Made by a program: the position numbers and the translations under genes. 61,279 nucleotides of DNA from the NCBI GenBank assembly GCA_032718475.1, contig JAUCBJ010000133.1, positions 1-61,279 on the forward strand. Direction: 5' to 3'. Below the pieces are notes generated by a model. The model was not told where the DNA came from. It saw nothing but the letters and a program-made list of their open reading frames with translations, and did no database searches. The DNA comes from Nemertoderma westbladi. Its lineage: Eukaryota > Animalia > Xenacoelomorpha. Shown here one piece after another: positions 46,812 through 60,329 of the stretch. Within the stretch, counting starts at the first letter, position 1. Every line of letters starts with the position of its first letter.

Positions 46812-48850
46812 AAAATAAAATAAAACAAAAAATTTACACAAAATTTATACAGACACAACTGCAAAATACAGAACAGTGACCGGTACCGGTACAGCCTAAA
46901 CAATCTATTGCCCAGGACAGTAGCCAATCACGTGCACTACCGGTAAAGTACTGTAGTTAGGAAATAAATGTAATTAGATTAGTTTTAAATTAGGGACACC
47001 AATATTAATAATAATGATAATTAATAAATTTTCTAATATATTAAATTACATACCTAATGAATCTATCTATATGCACCTGAAATGAATTTGGAAAATTGTC
47101 TACTTTAGTTAATTTTTTTTTATAATGTAATTTAAATATAATTGTAAGCGATAATAAAGACTGTAAAATAACCTAGCCAACCAGTATTTACTCGGGTGTA
47201 GAGTTTATAACTACTTTGCAAAAAATGTAAACATTAACTCAAAACAACATTAATAGTTTAAGGTGAAATAAAGTAAAGATGACAATAAATTATGGTAACA
47301 GTGAATGTATAAATTAAAGGGGAGTTAGGGAGAGGGGTACATCTCCCTGTCCAAATATATTCTGGATTGTATTGCGTGAAAGTGTTTGTTGGTAATAAAT
47401 AAGCGTTGTGGTATAATATAGCCCTACTCTACTTTAGTCTATACTATAGCTCTACTTTAGTTAATTGAAAGCACCTATATTAGAAATTAAAAGTTATATT
47501 ATTTAAATTTATTCACGGATAGTAGTTAAGTAGAGAAAGTAACCGATATGTACCCCTACTGTAGTTGATATACAGTATCATTAGAGTAATTAATAAATCA
47601 ACAATATTAATATTAATAAAAAGGGAATAATTTTACTTTATCTTACAGTACTAGGAATTTACTTTATATTACACCCCCAATTATTACATTATTATTATTA
47701 TTATCATTATTATTATATTATTATTACATTTTATTACATTATATTTTTATTATTACATTAAATTATTACTCTATTTATCACGTACGTATATGATTATGAT
47801 TATTTTTTTTTTTATAACAATAAATATTTTTTTTCCTTGTTCCGGTCTCCCTTCCAGTTATCTTGTGCTACCAGCATTTGTATTCCATGTATTATTATAC
47901 AGGCCTCCCAGAGTTTCCTTTTTTCCTTTTTTTTCCTTTATTTTAGAACGTTTCCTTTTTTTCCTTTTTATTTAGAACGTTTCCTTTTTTCCTTTTTTTG
48001 TCCATTTTCACACATTTTTTTCCTCTTTTTTTGGTTTAGAAGATCAACTTCAGCTTGCTGTTGATATTGACAAGGTTATAACAGAGATTGACGGGCATAA
48101 TAATGCCGTTTTTTATTTTGAGTATGTTTATTTTGACAAAAATCACAAGCTAAGCTACCATAAAAATGTAGCAGTTGAGGGAACTGTAAATTTATTTATT
48201 TTCTGAGGGGGGGGGGGGGGGGGGGGATATATTATGATTGACACAAAACCCGCCTTGGTGAATTAATATTGTTGTTTTTTAATTTAGGGAAAGGAACAAG
48301 TTGCAGTGGTAGTCTATTCTAACCAAAACAATAAAGTAAAGCCTATAACAAGGGTTATAGTTTCATTTTTGCTCATAATCACCTATTATTTGCATCCGTT
48401 TTCCCCTGGAGATGGATGAATTTTGATTGAGTCTAAAAGTATTTTTGTTATTTATATAAATGTAGCCACGACCAGAAATCCGTACCAAAGTTTTTGGGCC
48501 TTATATTTCTTTCAAACTAAAGTTCTTTTACAAGCGTTTGATAAACCTCTATCAATGGCCATCAATAGGCCGAATTCAACCATCTCTGATAACTAGGCAA
48601 AAAGGTGAAAATTAGAAACATACAGTGACGTTTCTTAATAGGCCTATATATATAAGGTTAATGATATTATATATTATATTATTCTTTATTCCAGGCCGAG
48701 GCCCATAAAAACAGATTACATATATTATTTATTAAGCACAATTGTTTGGAGATATTAAAATATGTACAGTACAAATAGTAAGCCTACCCTACCAACTAAT
48801 CCAAATGTTCTTACATAAAACATAAAACACGATATACATAATATAGATTA

Positions 48851-51682
48851 CTATAAAATAATACGTGTGTACTGATGACACCAAATATTAGCAGTCGAAA
48901 CAAGCAAATTGTTAGAAGAAGAGATTCTTCGTAATAAACTTTGCTTATTTTTATACAGAATGTGAATGAACATTGGAAGATTAAGCTGCCCGAACATTAA
49001 AGAGATACTCGTGGGCTCATCCTCAGTAAATCGAGGTATTTTAAATAATAGTCGCAAGCAGTTATTATAAGCCACTCTAAGTTTATTGTAGGCACTTTGT
49101 GAATAATTACTTCTAGACCATAAGCTACAACAGTATATAGGTGTACAAAAAGCACGAAATAATAGAATTTTAACATTTGTGGATGCATTACCAAATTTCC
49201 TAAGTAGAGTGTTTGCACGTGCATATAAAGAATGAGTTTGCTTAATTATATCACAATCATCATCAGTATTAGAGCACAGGAGATGTCCTAAGTATGAAAA
49301 TCTATCTACAATATCAATGTAAGAACCGTATAATTTAATTCTGGAATAGAGTGTAACTGTGTAGGACTTGGGAATGAAATAAATACATTTACTTTTTTTA
49401 GTGTTAAATATAATAGAATTATCGAGAGCATAAGCTACAGAAATATTAACTAGATTTTGTAAACCATGTATTGAGTTTGAAATGAGACATAGGTCGTCCG
49501 CATATATAATGTGGTTAATTCTTGTAGAGCCTAGACAGCAACCGGTTCCGCTACTAGTTAACGCTAAGCTTAAATCGTCAACATAAACGTTGTAAAATAG
49601 AGGTGATAGGATGCCACCCTGACGAGTTCCATTAGTTACATTAAATTCGGGTGACAATATGCCATTCCAACAGACACGCAACAGTTGGTTACGGTACCAG
49701 AAATGTATAACACGCACAATATAAATAGGGACACCTCTATTAATTAGCTTATTAAAAAGTTTGTAATGGTTGACCCTATCAAAGGCTTTTGAGGCGTCCA
49801 ACATACAAACATAGATACACGAATTGTTACATAGGTAATAATTAATTATTTCTTTAAGAGTATATATGCATAACTCAGTTCCTGATTTAGTTTTAAATCC
49901 GAATTGGTTGCTAGTGGTAATTAAATGATCTACACATCGTTCTAGAATTACCTTCTCGACCACCTTACTAAGGATAGTTGAAAGGGCAATTCCACGATAG
50001 TTATCCTTACTGTTTAAAGCAGCGGTCCTATCTTTTACAAGTGGTATAATGGTGGAAGCCATCATTTCAGCTGGCATATAGTTGTGTGTAAACATAGCAT
50101 TAATTAAAATGCAAATTGCACGAATCAAATTATAGGAGAAACCGTTGATAAAGTGTTCAGCCGTTACCTCATCAGGGCCCGATGACTTGCCAGTAGGAAG
50201 ACCAAGCACTGAATCAACAGTTTCTTTAAACGTGACATGAGAGAAATTAATATCATTATTACTGACAGATGTATTAAAAATAGATTTACCGGTGTCATCA
50301 TGTACACAGTTAAATAGGTTTTTAAAATGGTTACCCCACATGGTACTGATATCATTGGAACCAATTGAATCGCCTATTTTATTGGGCAGTTTTGGCTTAC
50401 AATTAGAGTGACTTCTAACCTGAGACCAGAAGTCCTTTGACGAATCATCAGTGAGTAGTGAATTGGCCATTTTATCGGTTCTAATGGTAGCTTCACTACG
50501 TTTACACTGACGCATAGCACGCTTAAAGCGAGCTTTAGTACTTAAATATTCCTGAAAAATTTCACCCTGCCGAGGGTTTCCGCAACTTCGCCATAACTTA
50601 AAAGCAGTTCTAGACTGTCTATAATATTCTTTCACGTTGTCATTCCAACCTGGGATGTGTTGGTCTGACAACGTAGCATTACTATGTGAGTTGTTTTTGA
50701 TATATGATTTACTAGAACTAAGTAAAGTACTATTAATATTCTGGTACAATGAATCAATTTCAGCCTGATGAGAGTTACAATGCACGTTATTGCAATTGAT
50801 TAGATTATTATAATAATTGCTACTATCGAGCATATTACCAAGTGCGATATTAACATTGTCCGCATAGCCAGCAATGTTACTGGAGCTATGCTGCCAGTCG
50901 AAACGAGGTGGCACGGGCCGATTCTCATTACTGCCAGTAGAAACCGGTACAGGCGCGACTGTACACGGAAGAGTTAAGAATATCGGCATATGGTCTGAGA
51001 TAGACAGATCATAGACAATCTTAATATCATTTATTAGATATGCACTCGAATTAGAAATTGCAACATGATCTAACCAAGAAATGGTTCCATGAGCATCGCT
51101 CACAAACGTATAAGAATCCCTGGGTAGCAAATTAACATCCGCCACTGTAATATTTACTGAATCGCACCATTGTATTAATTCGTTAAAAATAGGACGTGTA
51201 GGGTCGGCATTAAAATCCCCAATTATAATACAGTTTGAATATTGCTCCGTTTCTAAAAGTGAGGCCAACTACCCAAGACATTGTCTGTACAAGTCATGGT
51301 TATCTGGGCAATCGTATGGTAAATATATATTTATTATTAATAATTTATCGTTATTTAAGAGGTTAATCTTTGCGCCTAAAATTAGCGAATCATTAAAATC
51401 AACAATCTCAAGTGAATGCGCCATAGATTTGCGCCATAAAAATCCAAGACCACCTGCAGGCCTACCGCGAAGCAGACCGTCAGAGTAGTCGGTGGAGGAA
51501 AAGCCGCGCCCTTCAAATTCCTTATGTAGATTGTTCATTATGCCAAGTTCCTGCTTTGGGAGTTGGAGCTCTTGCAGAAGCAAGAGATCCGCGTCCCTAC
51601 ACAGCTCATTGATAACAGTCCTCGAGTGAGCGTTCCGGACTGAGTTGCAGTTAAATGAAGAAATTTTTATGTTATTCGCCAT
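48851..51682 (-). pseudogene. Proto2-like LINE ORF2 (APE + RT) with a single in-frame TAG at 51269-51271
   Basis: Motifs SFNCNS, LQE, GDFNA, WLDH, SDH, DASKAFD, RQGGILSP, IYADD, SLYARANTLLRKF. The two ORF-track pieces are in the same frame. AATAAA and an AT-rich tail near 48660-48690. Confidence 0.9.
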
Positions 51683-51783
51683 TGTTCAGAGTAATATTAA
51701 AAAGAGATATATACAAATTTAAATTAGAAAAAAAAAAACAAAAGAAAAAAAAAAAACAACAATACACAATAAATAATCACATT

Positions 51784-53008
51784 CTATCGGGACCCTGAGT
51801 CCTCTGAATTAGCCAGAACATCATAACTGTTAGCCGTATTAGTAGGCGCAGCCGGGACAGTATTTATACCCTTAGGGGAAACCGAGACTGCACCAGTACT
51901 GCTGGTACCATCGCCTCCTAGAGAGTGTTCGAGATCGGTAACATTTGGACTTTTCGTCCTTTCGGGGAGACTCCTCCTCAGTGGGAAGTACGTGTTGATC
52001 GTCGCATTAGTAGGCCATGTATCCGGTTCCATCAGCTTCTCCCTCTCACTGGCCATACAGGTTATAACGAATGCTGACTGACGAGCTCTCGATATCGGAG
52101 CACGTTCGCAGGTAATATCGAAACCGCAGCTATCCTTGATGTGTTTCGTAATAGTACTAGGTTCGACACCCTCGCAACATCCTGCAAGGTAGAGTTTCCG
52201 AGTCGGTTGGATGGTGGGAAAGGCAGTGGAGGAACTGGATCCTCTTACACACTGACTACGTCGCAATGGGCGGCGCTGATGAGAAGTCGTACCAACAGCA
52301 GTAGCGGCCAAAGCCCGAACTTGGCCGCGGCGAGGACGAGCCGGACGATGGCGACCATCCGCTCCAACTGGAATGTAATCAGAGTCGGCAGATGAGTCTC
52401 GGTTGAGCCGCAACCGAGAAATGTGTGGTGGGGTGGCCGAAGCGGCAGCCAGTCGACTGGTACTGGCAGCGACTTCTGCCCAAGGCCTAGTTGAGGCGCT
52501 ACTAGGCAGTCGGTTATTGCCAGGTGGCGGAGCAGGATCCGTAGATGCCGGTACCTGTACAACTTCCCGTGCCTGTCTCGATTCAGACAGATTCTGACAG
52601 GACCTATTCCTAATCGTATTCGTATCAGGTAGAACACCAGTAGGCCTACCGGTAGTGGAATCACCAGAAGTAACTGTGGTTGTGGGTCTGTTGCTGTTCC
52701 TAACAACATTATCAGCATTATTTTGGAGATTGACACAGACAGATTCAACTACTGCTAACCTGTCCTGTAGCATACTGACCGACCTGAGCAGTAGAGCGAC
52801 GCCGGCATCGCACAGCGAGAAAGGAGGGAGAATAGTGAGATCCTTAGGAACAAATTCCTTGCAGGTTGAGGGTTCATTCTGAAGATCGATATAAGCAGGG
52901 TAGTCAAAGACATCCAACATGTCTACGACTAAATTACGGCGCAGAGAATTACCATTGCACCGTTTAGTCCAGAACGACTGCTTATGAGCGTCCCTATCTG
53001 AGCTGGGA
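51784..53008 (-). CDS. Proto2-like LINE ORF1, 5'-truncated
   Basis: FVPKDLTILPP...LL and C-terminal LYL...SAFVI...LMEPDTWP resemble Proto2 ORF1. The first about 19 aa of the listed ORF appear to be flanking DNA. Confidence 0.7.
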
Positions 53009-53539
53009 AATGAAATATATAATGAAATATAATGCTTACTATCCTTTTTTAAAGATAATATCAATTCAGTTTTTCCCTTTTTTTTGAACCGTATCCGATC
53101 CTTTTTGTCCTTTTTCTGAACTTGAACTGCATCCTATCCTTTTTTTCCTTTTTTTTTTGAAAATATAAATTCCTTTTTTCCTTTTTTTCATCGATTTTTT
53201 TGGCTGGGAGGGCTGATTATAATTATGTATTAAAGTTGAATATAATAATAAAAATAGTATAAAATAAAATATAAAAACTTTTAGTTTGGAAGGGGAATGT
53301 TAGTTTATATTTTTTTTTTGAGCGCTTAAAACTTTTTCTTCAAAAATACTAATATATCAACATATTCATTCACATTCACATTAATTCAACACATCATTGG
53401 AATACGATTTGAAAACCAGAATTTAACGCGTAATAGTATAATATAAGCACCAATATTAAATTAATAAATTCTTACTACAAGAATAAGATTACGAATGATA
53501 ATGGGTGGAGTTACTGTATATTGGTGGTAGAACTTTACT

Positions 53540-55030
53540 TAGTGGGGGACGTAAAGTGTTAATATACCAGCTTTCATAAGCAAGTGGGTCATCTCTACAG
53601 TGTAAAGTGGCAGTGATGCTGAAATTATCAAGTGCACAAGTATCGAAGTGATTAAGTAGGAGTGCATCGTGTCGTATGATAACTTCATCAACGTGTGTGT
53701 GATACCATGGGTGGTTACGTTATAGAGCGGTGATTGTTCATTCGGAGGTGTAATCATTGATAGTTTCGCCCAAATAAAATTGGTCGCTGCGAACTTTGCA
53801 CCTTATCGTATATAGCACGTTGTTGGACCTACACGTGAAACGTTCTGGAATAGTGTCACCCCATGGCGTCTCGGTATCTTTGGTTACTGAGTGGCAAGTA
53901 AGACATCCCTTGGTCTTGCATGGGAAATTTCCTTTACTGGTAATTTGGGGACAGTATTCTTTGTAAATGTAAATAGTATATTACCGAGGCTTATACCTAG
54001 CTGTGAAGAAACAACTAGATTAATATTTTTTAGATAGTGAGTAAAACTCGTGAGTACAGACTTAATTGGTATTAGGAAGTGGGGTGGTATTGTTAAATAG
54101 TAGGTATCGACATTCGACAGGCTCAACCAGAGTTAGGTTAACCTGGGGCTCCCAACGTCGTAGTGAGTGGATTATACGTGTGGGGTATCCTTGGGTTAAA
54201 CACCCTTCAAGGTATTTATCCCGGTATATTGCGTAGTCTTCGAGGCTATCAGACAGTCTCCTAAGTCGTAACAGTTGTGATTTAACTATGTTAGTAAGCA
54301 TAACGGGTCCATGTGCACTATTGAAGTTAATGGGGACCTTGTTACTACATGGCTTTTTATAAGGCGATACAATTAACATATTATTATTTACGGTTATAGT
54401 CATATCTAGAAAAGTACCTTCTGAAGAGAATTCAGCGTTATATACTTTATATCACTATTATTGTATAGTGCGACTGAGGCATTATTAGCATTATCTAAAA
54501 TTACTTCAATATCACTAGCATTTAATAACTTATTGAACAATAAGAAACCATCGTCTACTACTCTACGGTAGAACATGGGAGGGTGAATAAAAGTTCTTGT
54601 AAAGTGTAGTTCTAAACGTGACACCGCTATACATGAGTAGGCAACAGACACACTGCACCACCCTTAATCTGTAAATATATCTTCTTTCTGTACTGGAAAT
54701 AATTGTGAGTTAAAACAAATCGCACCAGTGATACAATTTCACCACAAGTTAGAGAAGTTCTACTTTCTCTAGTGTAGTGTCCTCCTCTAAGGCTGCTAAA
54801 ACTGCAGCGCATCCAAGATCTAAATCTTTATTCGTGAACATGTCCACGATGTCTAATGTAACCATGGTGATATCTCCATCTACTATGGATGGTATGCTGG
54901 ATTTGAATGCGTAAGAACTTGGAACATACGACTGTAAGGATACCATAATTGGGGATAGAAGGCAATGACAACATTTAGATAGGGGGGCTGTTAATGAAAA
55001 GGTGGAGGCTATAATCGGGCGACCTTTAGG
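53540..55030 (-). pseudogene. Penelope RT + Cys-rich linker + GIY-YIG endonuclease, frameshifted
   Basis: RPII, TLDIVDMFTN, NYFQY..KIYLQIKG, YRRVVDDGF, SAH, then CKTKGCLTC, then FTCRSNNVLYTIRC...YLGET..LRMNNHRS. Confidence 0.9.
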
Positions 55031-55139
55031 TATTATTTAAATAATAATAATAATAATAATAATACCAATCGTTTTTATTGCTGGGGAAGACCCTCTATCC
55101 TTAACATATTATAAACTAAGTACAATGTATATATATCCA

Positions 55140-55360
55140 ACCAGACACTATATAATATTGGAGGTGTTCCATTAGTCCCCCAAACTTCAGACTTGAACAG
55201 AACTGCCTCAGCTTCGTAGGATATTGTTTTCGACGTGAGGACCAGCCAGTGCATAATCTTGTGCTTTGGCGGCATCATGGTGAAAATAAGCGTGGTGGAT
55301 AACAAATGCCTTTTGAGAAGCCTCTTAAAGGATACTGGTCTTAAATATGCGGTCGAGACT
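55140..55360 (+). pseudogene. RTE 3' fragment, same family as 41970-44762
   Basis: QTLYNIGG..LVP...CFRREDQPVHNLVLW matches about 42090-42300. Confidence 0.8.
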
Positions 55361-55731
55361 CTCGACTAGAAAGTTCAGAACAGTCAAAGGACAAGGGGAC
55401 ATAGAAAACCCTGTAAACGTGAAAGCTTTTCAGCTTTCGGAATCTAGTTAGATTTTAGTCGAAAGTCAACTTAAAAAAAAACCCGTTAACTAACAAAATT
55501 CGGAGTGACAAGTTAAATAAAACCACTTTAACTAAATATCATCAAATGACAACTTATTACTAGTTGAACTTTCAACCAGTTGAACAGCACTGGCAAATGT
55601 ATTTAATATCTAAATAAATCAAATCATATGGTGGCACGCAAAAAATCACATACATGTTTATTGTTTAAATTATTATATTTTTGCACATTTCAAAATAATA
55701 TTTAACATTTAAGTATGGCACCAGAACCTAC

Positions 55732-55891
55732 CCGCATTTTCATAATCTATTGAGAAACCAGTGTTTGTAACATTCGAATCAGAAACAAATACAAGGTATA
55801 AGTCCATGGTAGAGGATATAATTTGAGTTGGTAGTGTATTTCCAGATAAGTTCCCTATCAATGGGGAAAATTCATCAGCACCATCGTAAAC
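55732..55891 (-). CDS. CUB-domain exon (C-terminal half)
   Basis: tttttctctcattag|VYDGADEFSPLIGNLSGNTLPTQIISSTMDLYLVFVSDSNVTNTGFSIDYENA g|gtaggt. Classic YDG...F.SD....GF...Y CUB motifs, phase 0/1. Confidence 0.85.
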
Positions 55892-55944
55892 CTAATGAGA
55901 GAAAAATCTGTTCACAAACATAAAACATAATATTTCACCTTGTG

Positions 55945-58900
55945 CAAATGTAGGCTTGTGTATGCCGGGGTCGTGGTTATTATTTCTCCTTACTCTGTTT
56001 AACTGTATATTTACTAGGACATGGTATCCATTCAGTTGGGGGGCAATTCCACCATTGATGTAACACTTATGTCGAAAATAAAAAGTCATCTAATCAGCAT
56101 AATTTTGGTATCAAAATGACGAGAAAGAATTAAATTTTTAATAAAAGTGACGGATTCTTATTTTTTTTTAGGGTAACAACTGGTTATTCATTATTGAATA
56201 TGAGAAATTTTTTTTACGTATTTTCAAATTTGCAGAAATTATTACATGTAATTTTTGACATAATCTTACTACCATTGAAATTGTCTGATTAAGACAGGTA
56301 ATTACACCAACCGAAAATTCAGCATTTATTAGAAGCTTATTTATGATAAAAATTTGAATATTGACAGAATAGCATCGTGTATTCAATGTTTCAAAAATTT
56401 TAGATTTGGCCTACAGAATTATGTGAGTCCGTAACGAAAAGTACTTAAAGTTTTAATTTGGAGTACACCCCGCATGTATATTGCACTGATAATCATTTTC
56501 CTTTGGGTTTACAACCAATCAAAACCATCCATTAGGTATCTATGGTCTGTATTGCAGCTGAACTGTTTAAGAATAGCGTTACGGACTCACAAATTTTCCG
56601 TTACGGACTCACCACGCGGTAGGTTAGGTAAGAATCATTCTGCTTTGTATACATTATTCACTATATAAACTGAAAGTATTCAGCTCCTATTAGTCTGACA
56701 ATTGTCCATCGACAGTAGATTCGAACGTATTCATTCATACATCATCCTAATGTACGACATTCTTCATTGCGCCCGTTTAATCCTGTCTCTTACGTCTAAT
56801 ACTCACATTTCTGGGCCGAAAGGGCTAAACGGCATATATCACGGATGACAGAAGTTACTGACCAAGATGGTATAGTATGATACACTCGAAGTTCGCCAAT
56901 ATTTCATGAAACGAGTGAGCGAATGATGGATTGAGATACCAAACATATCGTCAGTTAGGCCAGGGATTACGCACAAAGTCTCAATAATAAAGTGTATATT
57001 TCCAGTGCGGTCCCCTCCTATATTCCCCAGAGGAAACTCCATTACTCATTTAGCTACAATTTACGGAAGGAAGAGATGCGCCCTGGCTAATAAGTCCCTT
57101 TATGGTCTTTAAAGTATTCGTGCCAAAACGAAAACTACCCTAGCCCTCATGATGGGATCGAACCCACGACCCAAGGAGAGATGTGATTTAAATGCCACCG
57201 ATTTAACCAACTACGCCAAGGTGGAATAACTTAAGTACTGTGATAGTAGTGAAGGTAAAACATAAATACAATGAAATACTGTTCAAAATTTATTTTCCAG
57301 TATAAAAAATTTTTCGTGAACGCGGTATTTATGTTGTTAAAGAATTAGAAATTGGTCATTTTAACAAATTATGGTCATATGAACTTATAGGATATTAAAT
57401 ATACACTACCTACTATACACACACCAAATATGCCTACTCAAAATATGAACACTACTAAAGATATATCTAATAGTGATACTTAAGGTACATTGTGAAAGCG
57501 AAAGGTATATAAGCAATAAATATATTTATTGAATAAATGCCATAAACAGTCATTGGTCGTTGCTCTTTTTTTTCTAAACAATATAACGAGTGCATAACGA
57601 TTTCAAGTGTGAGTCCGTAACAATTTTTTCTGTGAGTCCGTAACGAACAATTTCTCTATAAATGAGGTTTACCACCATATGTTTCTGCTATTAACTTACA
57701 AATTTACAAAATTTGATGTATCTACCTTTCATTGTAAAAGTTATAACGTATGACGTTAAACATTTCAAGAGAATTTGTCAAAATAAAATGGAGTAATTTT
57801 TCTTTGTCCATTTGCATGTGAGTCCGTAACGGGCACTATATTTACAATATCCTATGAATCAAATGAGATACAACTCTTTTTTATAAGTCAAAGTAAAGAT
57901 GTACCATTAATCCATCAGCCACCATAGGTGAATGTTATTTATATTGTAAAGTTATTAATTAAATATGCCAATTAAATTCGAAAATTGCGTATGAATGTGA
58001 GTCCGTAACGATGGAATTGCCCTGGGGTTTAAGCAAACTAGTGGTGTTATTTAAATCGGGAATTATAGAGGAATCAGTGTAATTGACTCCTATCTCAAAG
58101 TGGTGCAGCATCGATAAATGCCAAGCGGGTGCAAAGAAAGGCCGCAACTGTTTGGAGCATATAATTTCATTACGTTTATTGATAGACCTGGCGAAATCTT
58201 CAAAATTTAAGCTATTTGTCGTATTTGTTGATTATTCAAAAGCATACGATTTAGTCCCACGGGACAAGTTGTTTAATTATTTAAAATCATTAGGATGCGG
58301 CCGAACGATGTTATTAGTCTTACAGGCAGTTTATCATAGTACTACTAGTGTTTTAAAAATTACGTATTTAATATGTACCAGGTTATTGGTTTAATATTGG
58401 TTTAAGTGCTCCGACTAGCGGAATTCTGTTTGTAATATACATTGACAGATTAGTGAAATTAATTAGACAAGCTTATCTGAAGGATGGTATCTTAGCAGGT
58501 GTAATTCAGATATTGTTATTAATATTTATATTGTTATATTATTATTATTATTATTATATTGTTAAATTTCTGTAAGACGTCTGGTATGCGGATCAATGGT
58601 AAAAAAAAATTTTTTGTAATAAACGGCACAGAGAAACAATTAAGTTAGATAATATTTCAATATTTCATACAGCCTCATATATTTATTTAGGATCTCCATT
58701 TACAGAGGATGGTCGTATGACCTCAGTGTTAAAGTTACACGCTAAGCGGTGTGAAGAAACAATTAATAAATTTATTATATTTTGTAGTCGCAACACGGCT
58801 ATGCCATTTCCAGTAAATTTTTTGAAAGTTTTTGAAGCTTGTGTAGTGAGTAAATTAATGTACGGTGCAGAGTCATGGATTACGAGTATTTTGAAGGAAA

Positions 58901-59820
58901 TGGAGCAATTCTATTTTAGACTTATTAAATGTTTGTTAGGTGTCAGAATTCAAACTCCAAATGATCTGTGCTTATTAGAATTAGGTTTACCCAGTTTAGA
59001 CAAAAGGATAGATATTGCACGTAGACGGTTTGTTAAATATATGTACATTAAAAATAAGGACATTATATCAGGCGATATCCCGTTTTATCAAGTAATGGTT
59101 CTGTGCACGGATAAAAATTCACCCTGACATAAATATTTTACTCAAGATAGGGCTTATAGTACAATAGCTCTAACTAAACAACGGGTAATGAACAAATCAG
59201 AAGAGTCTGCCACAAAATGTATTAGTTACCATACCGTTATCAACCCTAGTTTAGTATGTCATAAATTCTACTCGAGTAGAATCATCCCCGATTATCTTCG
59301 CGTAGGTTTCTCACGATTAAGACTGTCTCACAATTTAAGGATTGAAAAGGAAGGTGGAGCCGAACGCCCTCTTATGACAGGGTATGTTATTGCGACAATC
59401 TGTCTGTACAAGACGAGAGACATGCTCTTTTAGAATGCCCGTTAACTTCAGTGCTTAGGAATCAGTTTTCGGATTTAAATTTTTCATCCTTACCGACCTT
59501 GATCGATGATCATAGAAAGCTACATAGGTTAGCCGATTACGTAACCGGAGTATTAAATTCTTTTGATTAAGTAAAAATCTAAATAAAGTAAGTTAATTAA
59601 ATTGTGCTAATAATATTAGGTAGATTAAATTAAGTAATATTAATATATATATTTTTGTTTTATGAATTCTCTCTTTTTGCTACATAAATTGTAGTAATAG
59701 GTATTTCTGTTTTGATGAAAAATACATTTTTGTTTATATTGATTTGTTTGTGTGTTGATAATATTATTCATGGTTCCTGTAATTTTATAAATTTTATTGT
59801 CAATAAACATATATATATAT
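55945..59820 (+). pseudogene. Decayed LINE RT + CCHC remnant split by the Sola-like element
   Basis: LFNCIF..YPFSW|GLSKLVVLFKSG, NYRGISV, VDYSKAYD, MYGAESW, SHNLRIE, ending in AATAAA and (TA)n. Confidence 0.8.
56041..58022. mobile_element. Non-autonomous DNA transposon with 4-bp TSD, Sola2-like, copy 2
   Basis: Same TIRs as copy 1, TSD TGGG, tRNA-like cassette at 57143-57224. Confidence 0.88.
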
Positions 59821-59913
59821 ATACATATATATAGATTTTATTTTTTTACATTTGTTTATATTACAAACAAATATAAACCTTATAGAAAAACAAATTTAAA
59901 ACTGTGTTCAAAA

Positions 59914-60229
59914 CATGTACCACATCCAATCTGTTTTCCATGTTACAACAGGAATGTCACATCAACACTGGACTAATGTTCATCAGTGTTAATTTGGAAT
60001 TATTGAAATAGGATGGACTGATAACTGTTGTTTAGTCTGTTGGATGAATACTTGATTTCAACTTTTACATAAGATTTTATAAGATAAGATATCTGATGAT
60101 AGTAAGTTTCATGATTAATCTGAAAGCAAATCGAATTTGTATAAATCTTTTACATTCGTTAGAGTGGTTAAAGAAATATTAATATAAGTTCCCTATTATT
60201 GGGGTAAATTCATCATCACCATCATATAC
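59914..60229 (-). pseudogene. Degenerate CUB exon remnants
   Basis: 60183-60229 reads VYDGDDEFTPIIGNLY* with a broken acceptor (cattg versus cattag) and is paralogous to 55891. 59914-60035 gives VISPSY...VDVTFLL/NMENRLDVVH with frameshifts. Confidence 0.55.
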
Positions 60230-60329
60230 CAATGAGAGAAAACACACATTATATATGTTAAAACAAGGAAATCACCATTAAATATTAATTAGAACTGTTT
60301 TACTCAATTTATTCCTTCCTCAAAATCAT

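Larger units (their letters stand above)
46709..55117 (-). mobile_element. Neptune-type Penelope-like element with inverted partial pLTR and nested inserts
   Basis: 46709-46770 is inverted relative to 55040-55117. Degenerate RT and GIY-YIG coding region at 53540-55030. Similar T-rich tracts on both sides of the nested LINE. Confidence 0.65.

Noticed and set aside
11945-48226. Numerous poly-G/poly-C tracts as a dedicated system
   Set aside because: Most sit at MITE ends or inside TIR subrepeats, and homopolymer lengths are unreliable in assemblies.
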